Below are positions 11,401-22,476 of a stretch of 64,000 bases of DNA, piece by piece; the first letter of the stretch is position 1, and each line of letters begins with the position of its first letter. The notes below the pieces were generated by a model. It was not told where the DNA came from. It saw only the letters and a list, made by a program, of their open reading frames with translations, and did not search any database. The position numbers were made by a program, and so were the translations under genes. Source of the DNA: Amphiscolops sp. MND2022 (Eukaryota); NCBI GenBank assembly GCA_964187785.1, contig OZ076413.1:48052001-48116000 (forward strand). Direction: 5' to 3'.

Positions 11401-14162
11401 CTTCAGACCATCAAATTTCCCCGGACGAAGAAGGGACTTCAAAGATACATCGGCTTTGTAAACTACTACAGAAACTACATTCCCCGATTATCAAAGAAGA
11501 TCGCCCCATTTCATGAACTCATCAAATCAGACAAGCCAGTAAAGATAGATCAGGAACTCCAATTTCGAAGCTATCAACAAATCGTTAGACAACGCATGCG
11601 GCCTTTGGCTCAAACAGCCACTGCCAAACCGGCAGTACGTACTAATGACAGACGCAAGCTTCAGGAATGCCGGATATGCCTTGATGACTGAAGAAGACCC
11701 GGAGCAAAAGATCACCTCCACCAGGAAGACTTACGCTCCAGTGGCATTTGGCTCTAAACCTTTTTCACCATCCCAGTTGAAAATGTCAATCTATGTCAAA
11801 GAATTTTTAGCCATCTATTTCGCTTTTATGGAATATAGTCACATCTTGTGGGGTTCATCCAAACTGACCATTGTCTTAACCGACAATAAATCAGTCACCA
11901 GGTTTTTTCAAACCAAGATGATACCACCCTCCCTCTGGAATGCCTGCAATTTTGTACTGCAATTTCACTTTAAAATCGCCCATGTGCCGGGAAGGATGAA
12001 TAGAGCAGCCGATTTCCTCTCCCGATTAGACATTAGCCCCAAAGAAAAAGTCCTTCTCCAAATCAGAGAAGACATTCAAACAACGCCGATCCAGGAAAAC
12101 ATACAATCCTCCGACATCCATGAAGAAGATCAGTTCTTTTTTTTACCAGAGGACGACACTGAGACAGAAGAAGACATTTGGGAGCGTAAACAACAAGCCA
12201 GAAAACAGATCTACACAACCCATGAACAGAACTCCGACCCCAAGTGTGAAACTGCCCAAACCATCTCCCAACCCGAGAACCTACCCTTGGTCTGCAATAA
12301 CATCCATGACCCAGAGCAAGAACAGCGGCGCCAACTCCACAGTGACACAAGCTTCCCGCGCTGTCTGAGACCGTACCAAGACCAGGACCCCGTCCTCAGA
12401 AACCTCAAACTGAAAATCCTAAAAGAACCGTACGACACCCAACTTCTGAACGACGACCCCAGAGCGGCCAAATACCTCACACAAGATGACCGCATCATCA
12501 TAAAAGATGGACTCCTGTACCGACAATATTTTGGCGATACAGGGAAAGTCAAGTACTTGCAAGTACTACTCTCCATCAACTGGTTCATGAATTCATACAA
12601 CACCATCATGGCAAATTCGGGAAACATCCAGGTATAGCTAAAACCATCCAGCAATGCCGCGAAAAGTACTACTTCCCGGGGCTAGCCGCCCGAATAGCCA
12701 CCCACATTGCACAATGCCCAGAATGCGCTCAGACGAAAAGGATACCAAATGCCAACATTACACTCCCGCTCATCGACATGTCCAAAAAAGCAATGGGCCC
12801 AGAAGGCGCACTACAAATGGACATCGTCCCCTTCGACGACCCTTCGGGAGGATACACTGCAGTCATCACAGCGATGGATGTATTCTCCCGTTATCTATTC
12901 GCGTATAGCGTCGCCAGAATCGACACCAAGACTGTCACACGGGTCCTTACAGATATCATCACAAGACACTGCTATCTCCCCACAACGATAATCACGGACA
13001 AAGGATCCCAGTTCATATCGGAGGCAATGCAACAAACAACAGCCATTCTCGGAATCCAACTGAAACATGCCACCACCAAACATGCACAGACGATAGGCAT
13101 CCTAGAAAGGACACACGCCTCGCTCAAAGAAAGCCTAAAAATCATGACGGGAGAAAGGCGAACGATGTGGCACCAATTCTTACCAATGGCAGTCTTAAAT
13201 TACAACACTTCCTACAACACATCATTAGGCTGCGAACCCAGCCGAGTTTTCCATGGAAGAGTGCCATACAACGTACTCGACCTAAAGTACGGCCTTAAAC
13301 CCCAGGCCACTGCCCCAACCAACCACGAAATATCTGAGGGAGTGTTACAACAAACACAAGAAACCAACTCAACCAGAGCCAACAAGCCCTGATGCAAGCC
13401 TACGTCCGACATAAGCGTTATTATGACCGGAAAGCGTCAGCACACCCCTTGGTAGTAAACGACTACTGTTATGCTTTGCATCCAAATGCGCATAGCCAAG
13501 CGACGAAATTGCCGTTTCGGGAATACCTTTGGACGGGACCATATATCGTGGTCAAAACCCTACCCAACAACAACTATCTTATACGCAAACTCCAGACCAA
13601 TTTCACACAGATCCTGCATAGAATCAGGCTACGCCCCTTCGCAAGCAGCCACAAGCTGCCTGACATTACAGTCCCACCCAAGGACTTCCAGCAGGATACA
13701 GAGGTAACCATACAGCACGGCGACCTCTTCGCAATGGCGTGGGAAGAACTTTACAAAGAATGCCCTAACCAACCCGAAAACAAACAATTACCCGAACCTG
13801 AAGTGATCCAACCAACCCCAGAAACAATCAATGACCCCACCCACCCCGGCCCCCCAAGCCCTAACCTAGTATACGACCCCCAAATCATTCCTAACTACCC
13901 AAGTGACCAGACACAGGACCCACTAATCGATATCGATGATGAACCCGAAAATAATACACCCGCACCTCAATCCCCCCGGAACTCCCACTACAACCTTCGA
14001 AAAAACCCGACGTCAAATTGGAAACCAGATTATGCCTATTACAATGCCCTAACAGCCAATCCAACAAACTTGGCATATTCTTCCGACGGACTGGACAACG
14101 GCCCAGAATTACGGGTTTTAGCGGACCTCGGCCCAGACGGCAGTCCGAGATCAGAAAATTAA
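8393..14162 (+). pseudogene. pol: pol polyprotein (aspartic protease, RT, RNase H, integrase with GPY motif), multiply disrupted
   Basis: Protease LDALIDSGA, RT (LVDLRKIN, KLDCSQAYH, YVDD), RNase H (TDAS...E...TDNK), HHCC zinc finger (HHGKFGKHPG...CPEC), integrase core (QMD...TDKGSQF...ILER) and WTGPY. Frameshifts near 8650, 11560, 12570 and 13365; in-frame stops at 10177 and 10303. Confidence 0.95.
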
Positions 14163-14504
14163 TCAGGCCCAGGCACTGGCCCGGACCACAATCCTATGAC
14201 CTGACTTCAAATCTCTTCAAATTACAATGGCTTTCACTCACTCTACTGTACTCTACGACTCGGATGAAAACAGTACAGAGGCTAAATACTAAATTGAATA
14301 ACCCAGTGGACCACCGAGCTGCCTCAAATTTTTTCTTCGCTCCATAATACCAGAGCATTCTTATCCTGATTTTCTATCTACTTTATTTTCTCAGACGGAA
14401 CCGACTAGCGGAACCCTGTAACATCAGAACAATGGGTACACAATAAAAAGAAACAACAAAGAAATAAATCAAAGTCATCTATCAAAGTTTAGTTTCAAAT
14501 AGTT

Positions 14505-17500
14505 TCAACAGGATTTCCATTGCCGCGCAGCACGTTTCCCTCCTTTTCCCGTCTGAGATGACGAACACGACCCAGGCTGACTACCTTCCACAGAGGCACG
14601 ACCAACAGTAGAACTCGAAGGCACTACAGCACTAGATGACATCCGAGTCCGCCAGTCATTCACTTGCCCAGAATAATAGGCTTTGTAACACTCAAACAGA
14701 CTGTTGTAAATCTCTTCAATGGGATGCCGACTCACACCAGCCCATGGATTGAAGGCGCCACAACCCAAGAACTGAGGACCATTCGGCAGATTCATCTTCA
14801 ACTCCTCCAGACATTCTACAGTCAGCAAATCGGAAGACTTGAATTTAGGATGTAGTACAAATGACTGTAAACTTCGGAGACCTGACCGGATTAGAGAAGG
14901 AGGCAAACTTGTCCCGCTAGTTGAAACATCAACAGGAGGCAACGACTTAGGAGTAGGACAAACGATCACTCGGACCAGCCGCACAACTTTCTTTACAAAG
15001 GCCCGACACTGGAAACTCTCATGTCCCTCCAGATACTTGAAGACATCAGAAATCTGCGAACAATCGACACTCCGCTGACGTAAATCTATAACCAAGGATT
15101 TAAACTCGTTCGTGGCAGCATCCCGTTCCACATCGCCTAGACATCCCGATTCCTGGAGGCAGAGGACAAGGTCTTGGAACAAGTCCACAACATACTCAGC
15201 GTCACCACCCAATAACATGTCGATATTAAGACAACTGAGTGACCGCGCAACACGAGACTTGGCATAAGAGCATGAGCCAAGAACTTTCAGGAACTCCAAT
15301 AAATATCCTTGACATTCACGAAGAAAAACCCGTCGAGGACTCTCGTCAAAACCACGCAGCGCTTTCATGATACTCCGTTCTCCCTGAAGACATTCGGAGG
15401 CAGTCACATTCGCCCAACTGTTCAGTGGTTTGTCTATATAGTCGGACCAATTGTCGACAGAAGGTAGCTGACTTATCTTCTTCACCTTGCTCAACAAGCT
15501 CCAATAGAAAAAGCAAAAATCAGTGTAACTCCTGCAAGCGTAATCTGCAACATCCAATTCAAATAACCTCTTGCAATTTGATCGAAAACACAGCAAAAGG
15601 ACATGCAATAAAGCCAGTCGAGGCAGACCCAAACGGTCTGAACACAAGAGGGAATCCAGATCCACGACATTGACATTCTTCCTCATCAACAGGATATCGT
15701 TCGACACACAAATCTTCACATCAGACCAATTGTCCAGGAGCTCTTGCAATACAATGCATAAATTTTCCGGAGGAACAACCCCAGACTCCAAGCAGAGACG
15801 GAATCGCGGCAAGTTCAGAAGCCAAGCCTGGGGAGCAAATTTTTTCAAACGTTGCGTCAGATACTCTATGACAGCAAAGGGATCCACGGATCCAACACAA
15901 ACCAAACTGGCATCGCGAACCAAACGACGCAGAAGATCAACATCAAAGATGGTAGCAACAACAGGTACAGGTCGACCCATAGAACGGCACCAATCCATGT
16001 AAGCGTTAAATAACACAGGCGGACAGTTTTGAATGGCAACAAGACCATGACGAGTAGACACCAAAGACAGCACGCTGGACAGGCAACGAATCTCGGCATC
16101 ACAGGAAACAGCTCCAACGTCTTCATCCACAAGACATACTTCCCGCAAAGAGTCATCGGGACAGCATCGGACAGTACATCGCACCCCAGAGAATGACGAT
16201 TGCACTGCCAAGCTAAAAGGGCTGTCGCCAAGCCATGACTTCACACGACGAAGTACGCGTGGGTAAAGGGTCTGAACTATCACCACCAAGGTTTCAGTCT
16301 CACTCCAGGTAACACAGGCATACGGACTGTCAACTGGAAGGGTCGTACGGAACTGGCTCCACAGACGACGGAGGAACATCTGCGAGCCACCACTCCTCAG
16401 TAGCTCAAATAAACAACCCACAAGAGTCGTAGGTGGCACATTGGACGGGACGCCAACCAATGCATTCACCTCGTCCTCGACAAAGTTGTTCATTTTTCCC
16501 AGAGTAACTGGTGGCGTCTTTTCGATCTCAGCTCGCAATTCCAACGAAACTTCACTGACAGCGATGGCATCGAACTTCTCAGTGTAGATGAAGTCTTCGT
16601 GGTCAAATCGGTAACGCCGATCCTTTGCGAAGTGGCCCTTGCACTTAAAGTGCCTCCAGATGCCTCGGGGCCCTCGGGACAGGAAAGACACATCTTTACG
16701 GCACACCGAGCAATTAAATCCATTGGGGCTCTTATCATTCCGACGACTAACAAACAGCCTGGGTATTGGGTGATTAGTCATGGCCTTAGTCAGAACATGC
16801 CTCTCGGTCTGTTTCTTCGCACGTTCCTCGTCTCGAGCCAGAAGCCGCTCCTTTCTGAGCTCGACAGGATCCACAACACGCCCAGGATCATTGGCGTCAA
16901 TTCCTTTCCGCTTCAACAAACGGGACAGCTCTTCGAATTCTAAAATAAAACACCTTCAATCAACCAACAAACTAGACGAAACAGACAAACCGGAAAGTAC
17001 ACCATCAAAACATACGACAAACAACTACAACTAAACGCCCAACAGCCGAAGAAACAACAAATACCATACAAAACGAAGAAGAAACTTGAGGAAATACTCA
17101 CGTTTAGCCAAATTTTTAGTCTCTTTCTGCGTCTCCGTCCGCTCAGCCCGGGCAGCACTTCGAGCCAACATGACACACTGTGCGGCCGACATCACAACAG
17201 GAGAACCAGTGGGGACAGACTGCAGACCAGCTGATAACAAATATAATAGAATATCAAAAAACACAATGGCAGAAGGAAAAGGAAACGAACAGATAGACAA
17301 ACTACACATTCGAAAGATCATATAGAGGATAGATCAAACAGAAGCAAGAAAAACAAATAGGGAAACATACCACTCTCCCACTCGTTATGAATGACAGAGG
17401 GCTCCAACCCTACCGCCGTCCGACGATGTTGAGTTCGGGTGTGTCGAGAGGATTCATCAGGAAGAATAGAGGCAATGTCACTTTCCTGAGCAGGCGTCTC

Positions 17501-18357
17501 CAAAGCAGCCTCGCATACAAAAACATCACCCTCTGTAGACGATCCAATCCCTGGTCCGTGCCCCAGCTCAGCGACTAAGACAACGACATAGAAATATCTC
17601 AAAAGGAGTATCACAACTCGCAAATAAACGACTCCTAACAAGTACAGTACAAACGACAAGAAGGAGGAAGGAATACCTACTTTCGAGAGTCTTCGAAGCG
17701 GAAACAGTCGGTGGATCATACTCCTCGCCACAACTGTCCATCAAGGTGGGAGGCCTCGGAATGACCCCCGCAACAACATCAGCCAATCGCACACGCTTAG
17801 CTGACCGGACACTGCTCGTGGAAAGCATCCGACTGGACCGCGACTGTTTCTTCTGCTTGCGCTGCGATTTTGAACTGGCGCTGGGACAATAATCCGCGTA
17901 GAGCTCATCATCAGTCACTGCAGAAAGTGGATGTAAAAAGAACGCGTACACACAAAACTAGAAAGGGCCGGCCACCCATTTAATTTCTAGGAAAGCTTAC
18001 CTTTCTTGTTCGCCAAGTAATCCATGTCATGACGATTGTAGCTTGTAGCAGAGTGGTAGGACCCACTCTCAGGACAGCTCTCACCATCAGTCTCAACAAT
18101 CTCATCCTCGGTAACATTTTTTCGCCAAATCCTCGTCCTGCCGTCTCGGTCACTGTGCCTGCAACAGCCTCTCCAGTTTCATCGCGACTGCCAGTAACAC
18201 TTGCCTCATCACTGCCATCCCTGTCATCACAACCGCGCACTCTCTCCTCTCCACGAATAACTGACTCGACGACTGATTCCACCTCAGCCTCACTCTCTTT
18301 CAACGCGACTTCCTGACTACGACGTAACAAGACACCATCCTCTTCTGTTGAACTCAT
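14505..18357 (-). CDS. Antisense five-exon accessory gene (~1120 aa): acidic N-terminus, BED-like zinc finger, degenerate hAT-transposase-like body; one 1-nt indel in exon 1
   Basis: Exons 18357-18001, 17917-17681, 17574-17371, 17230-17102 and 16939-14505. Donors GTAAGC, GTAGGT, GTATGT and GTGAGT; acceptors TTTCTGCAG, GTCTTAG, TTATCAG and TATTTTAG. All four introns are phase 1 and exons 2-5 join in frame. TATATA lies at 18451-18456 and a minus-strand AATAAA at 14387-14382. Confidence 0.88.
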
Positions 18358-18580
18358 GTCTCAAAACTTTCTGAAAAATACTGAAAAAACTATAACACAA
18401 TGAAGATGTGGCGTAAAACAATGGAAATATTAATACTAGAAGTTATCTACTATATAAGGAAAGTTGTTCAGTCTGCCAGCTGAACAATTCATGGAGTTGA
18501 CACAAACCGTGTGAACAAATTTTCCAAGCGAAGCAAATCAGTTGTACTAAAAATTGACCGACGCTTAGTTTACTACTACA

Positions 18581-19165
18581 ATGAATCATCCAAATTCAAA
18601 CAGCAAAATGGACGAAGACGTCTTTATTCTCGAACGAGATCAACAGCAGCAGCCCGAACAAAGAGCCGGTACACCGCCACCAGATTATAACCTAATTACC
18701 ACGCGGCAAATTAACATTACTTACGAAATCATTAAAACACAGGACTACCACGTAGTCCTAGTACATGAAGAAGCGCCGGCCGATACTACGAATACAGAAA
18801 GCGAGACGGGAGCCATCAGACGATTCACGCAAGACAACCCGGTGATCCCCGAAGACACATTAGTGAGCCCGGTCAGGCAATTCGACCGTGAAATTTACGA
18901 TGATCCCGACAACAACGTTGATAGCCCAATAAGTTTCTACAGTAGCACAGAAGGCTACTATTTGGGCAGCGATTGGGAGACAGACTCATCTTGGCGATCC
19001 TACAATTCCTTAACTGACGATCTCCCAACGCTATTTGAGACTCCGAATCGATCAATTTCCCAATTTCTCCTTCCCAAGGGAACTGGGTACAGAAGCCGAG
19101 GACTGTCACAGCCCCGCCTGAGCTGCGAGCACTGCAACAAACACAACCCAGTCTTCGAAGAATAA
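18581..19165 (+). CDS. Short acidic accessory ORF (194 aa), divergent from the antisense gene and ending 62 nt inside the 3' LTR
   Basis: Open ORF rich in D/E/S/T/P, with N-terminal DEDVFILE and C-terminal CEHC. It shares the 18358-18580 spacer with the antisense gene. Confidence 0.6.
   Translation: MNHPNSNSKMDEDVFILERDQQQQPEQRAGTPPPDYNLITTRQINITYEIIKTQDYHVVLVHEEAPADTTNTESETGAIRRFTQDNPVIPEDTLVSPVRQFDREIYDDPDNNVDSPISFYSSTEGYYLGSDWETDSSWRSYNSLTDDLPTLFETPNRSISQFLLPKGTGYRSRGLSQPRLSCEHCNKHNPVFEE
19091..19103 (+). other. Putative (atypical) polypurine tract AGAAGCCGAGGAC
   Basis: Purine-rich run immediately 5' of the 3' LTR, interrupted by pyrimidines. Confidence 0.4.
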
Positions 19166-21011
19166 ATTGGGAAAAGAACAAAGAAGAGGAAATAGACAGC
19201 TGACAAACAATCAGAAACAAAGGAGTTAAACAATATAAATTTGAAGTTAAATAAATAAATACATGCATATTAGTTTTATTATCATAATAATGTACACTTA
19301 TGTAAATACGTACTTACGGAATAACGGAGCTATTCGTGCAGTTAATAATAATACAATACTATGTATTAATAATAATCGAATTGCACCGCTCAGTGAACGA
19401 ACTGAGAAATTAAAGGCGGAACTGAAGCCTGGCAGCCGGCCTCAAATACTCGCACTAAAGCGGCGGCCTGGCAGGCAGCCTGATAATTGTAAACTCAGCA
19501 AACTAATATACAAGTGCGCGCTATAGTGAATACATGTAAATTAACTAATGTCTAGTGCAGTGATTTATTAACAATACGAGTGCAAATATACCAACAATTG
19601 AGATTTCTGTGCTAGCTTAATAGAACATCACGTACCGCGGCCTGGGATGTGGCCTAAGAATTACATACGATAAATCAATCACGAAAGTGAAAGATGATGA
19701 TGCTATCATGTAACTTTGTCTCGAAATGATTCTAGAGATTATTATCTATGATCTTAAACTATACCGTCGTTTAAAATATCGCATACAACGTTCTTTTACA
19801 TGTAAATATTGATTAATCTATAAACAGGCCTGAACCGCAGCCTGGACCAAAGATTTAGTACCGAATATCAAACCAAGTGTTAATAACATGTATATCCTGT
19901 TCCTTGAATCTGTTGCCGTTTAATTGCATTAAATACCTTTCTGAACAATGTATCTGATGCTGTTTATAATTAATAGTTGCTTTACTCATTGAACAAATTT
20001 GTCCGTCCCGGACCATGGCCTGGGACCAGGCTTCGTGATCTTAACCAAAAATCAGAGCCGTAAATGCTGTAGAAGCAATTCTACTCTTTTATTTAAAACT
20101 TAATGTGTGATTTGTGTTGAATTTCATCCAAATTGTTGCTGATTTATTTAATTTAGAGAATTATTTGTAAAGGAAAATTGGTTGTCATCATTTTTTCCCG
20201 AATTTGTGCAGTTAATCAATCTCATTCAATGACTCATTGCGCGTGTCTTTGGTAGTTTTTTCAGTTCGGCGTCCTGAAGAGGCGGGACGTTGGAGGCGAA
20301 GGGAAGCGGAGTCGCAACTCAGACCGGAAGTGGACGCGTGCTTTCTTCGGAAAGCATGAACAAGCTGAAAGCCTGAGTTCGACAAAGCGGAACTGAACTT
20401 CCTGTTTCCCTGCCTCGGATGGACGCCGGACTGAACAAAATGTGAAGTATGTTCGTGTCTTTTCCCCGCTTTCCGGGATGGAAAGTATAAATACAATGGG
20501 AGCTAAAAGCCATTTTAGTTGAATTTTGTTATTTTTGCGAAACAATTATTTTCCGTTTAACAATAATTAAAAATCTTGAAACACCACGCTTTGTCACTTG
20601 AGAACTTGCTCTAATTTCCCTAAAAAGAAAATCGAGAATCATCAAGCCTGAGTAAGATGCCAGAACGTAGCTCTAAAAGAAAAGCCAGAAGGGATTCCCC
20701 TGTGAACTCTTTAGACGAACCTGAATCTTCTAGCATGAGGACTGAAAACGCCCCTAGTCTGTCTGATAAAGATTTTACGGAATTATCTGAAAAAATAGAA
20801 AAGTCTCTAAGTAAAAGAATCAAAGACGCAGAGGTCGGACAGCGCGAGATTCTGAAGATGATAGAGAACCTGACCTCTAAAATTGATACACTGGCAGAAA
20901 GACCGCCTAACAACGTGCGTCATGACCCCGATGACGAGGACGCAGGAAACGCGGATTATAGATATAGAACAGTTGAACCAAGTGATTTACTCCCGAATCA
21001 CGGTCAACACC
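19104..21011 (+). repeat. 3' LTR (1908 bp)
   Basis: Direct repeat of 5359-7264. It ends ...CAACACC rather than ...CAACACA and is followed by the TSD GAATT. Confidence 0.95.
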
Positions 21012-22276
21012 GAATTTATGTATATTTGTCATCAGTAAGACGCACACAAGTTTTGAAGGCATACCAATTGACGTCACTGCCTCATCTATGCGTACCAGAA
21101 AATCATTCCGATTATCCGCCTATATTAATGGCCTTATTGGAAATCATTCCAATTTACCGCCAATGTGACGTCACGACTCTGGCAGCTAGCTAGAAACTCA
21201 TTTCTGAAATACTCGTCAGCATTGCGTCAAACTAGTCAAAATCTCAGTTATGCCAAGAAAACTCGTCAATATGACGTTGACAAGTTTATGAAATCATATG
21301 AAAGAGATAAATCCGCTCAGTTAAGTTACGGAAAATACGTTAATCTTACGCCGAAAACCCATCAAAATAAGCTGTTTTAATCCATCCAGGATAGTGAATG
21401 AACACCTTATTTTTGGCGAGGTTAGTATGAGGGAAACAATTGTTTTAATTCAGATTCAATTAAAAGAAACAAGATCTAGCGAATTGCGTCTATCCTGCGT
21501 CGACTAAAATTTTGTTACCCTAAATTACAATCGAAAGCAATTCAAATAAGGGTTTTCTGCATCTTCATGAGGAGAAAGTCACAGTTTATATTCCCACTGT
21601 TGTATAAACTACAATATTTTATTACATGAAGTAATTTTGTACATAAATGGCGTTGAAAAGCATCATTTTGCTATCTGTTTGTACAAGTCTCATTTTATAT
21701 GACGATGTGATTGCGTCGTTTCATGTTTGTGTTTTATTTGAAGTACGTCGTTCTGTTGATTTGGAAACTTGTCGCATTTGATGCGTCAGGTTGTATTTTG
21801 TTAACAATATGTGCATTTAAAGATTAAGAATTTCAAATTTGATGTTATTTTAACACAAGGATTGAGTCCCAATTCATTCGAAACATTTTCCTAGCATCGC
21901 TCAAATAATCATAATTTGGAAGTTAGTCATCACTTTCGATCAAGCTGAATTTCAAAATCAGGTATTAGTTGTTCACGTCAGCGTCATCTCAGCGTCAATT
22001 TCCCGCTAACCAAAGCAGTAAAACAGGGAATCATTTCCGGTTTGACAGACTGAAGTAAAATCTACTACCAGCTTGGGAGTAAGCAAAAAGACGCCGGAAT
22101 GAAATGATGTACTCGTGGTAAATGACTAAGATCAAAAAAATGTTGCCGTGTCTTAAAAAATGACAAAATGTCGACGCAAAATTGGGATCGTAATGATTTT
22201 TTCACCAATAAATCAGGAAATGACTAATTGTTCGAAAGAAATTAAAGATTTGTTCGTGATCAAATGATGCTAGGAG

Positions 22277-22476
22277 NNNNNNNNNNNNNNNNNNNNNNNN
22301 NNNNNNNNNNNNNNNNNNNNNNNNNNNNNNNNNNNNNNNNNNNNNNNNNNNNNNNNNNNNNNNNNNNNNNNNNNNNNNNNNNNNNNNNNNNNNNNNNNNN
22401 NNNNNNNNNNNNNNNNNNNNNNNNNNNNNNNNNNNNNNNNNNNNNNNNNNNNNNNNNNNNNNNNNNNNNNNNNNNN
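22277..22476. other. Assembly gap (200 N)
   Basis: Run of 200 N at the left edge of the satellite array. Confidence 1.

Larger units (their letters stand above)
5359..21011 (+). mobile_element. Full-length Ty3/gypsy LTR retrotransposon (15.65 kb) with accessory gene module; gag-pol decayed
   Basis: Two ~1.9-kb direct repeats begin TGTCACAGCCCC. The TSD GAATT is at 5354-5358 and 21012-21016. A PBS follows the 5' LTR, and the domain order is gag-PR-RT-RH-IN. Confidence 0.97.

Noticed and set aside
7257..14076. Numerous minus-strand ORFs over gag-pol
   Set aside because: Shadow ORFs of the A/C-rich coding strand, with no splice or motif support.
14505..16919. 804-aa ORF as an env gene or as an independent nested hAT transposon
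   Set aside because: It is antisense, with no signal peptide or clear transmembrane anchor. I saw no TIRs or 8-bp TSD around it, the catalytic motifs are missing, and a homologue sits in the same context in a second element.
6910..18357. Idea that the host is selectively preserving the antisense gene (1 lesion) relative to gag-pol (7 lesions)
   Set aside because: Given the shorter length and ~2% LTR divergence, the difference is small enough to be chance, and exon 1 is itself frameshifted.
22263..22276. ATGATGCTAGGAG before the gap also occurs at ~36782, with a similar motif at ~4695
   Set aside because: Short match. It may mark a dispersed repeat family, but I could not define boundaries.
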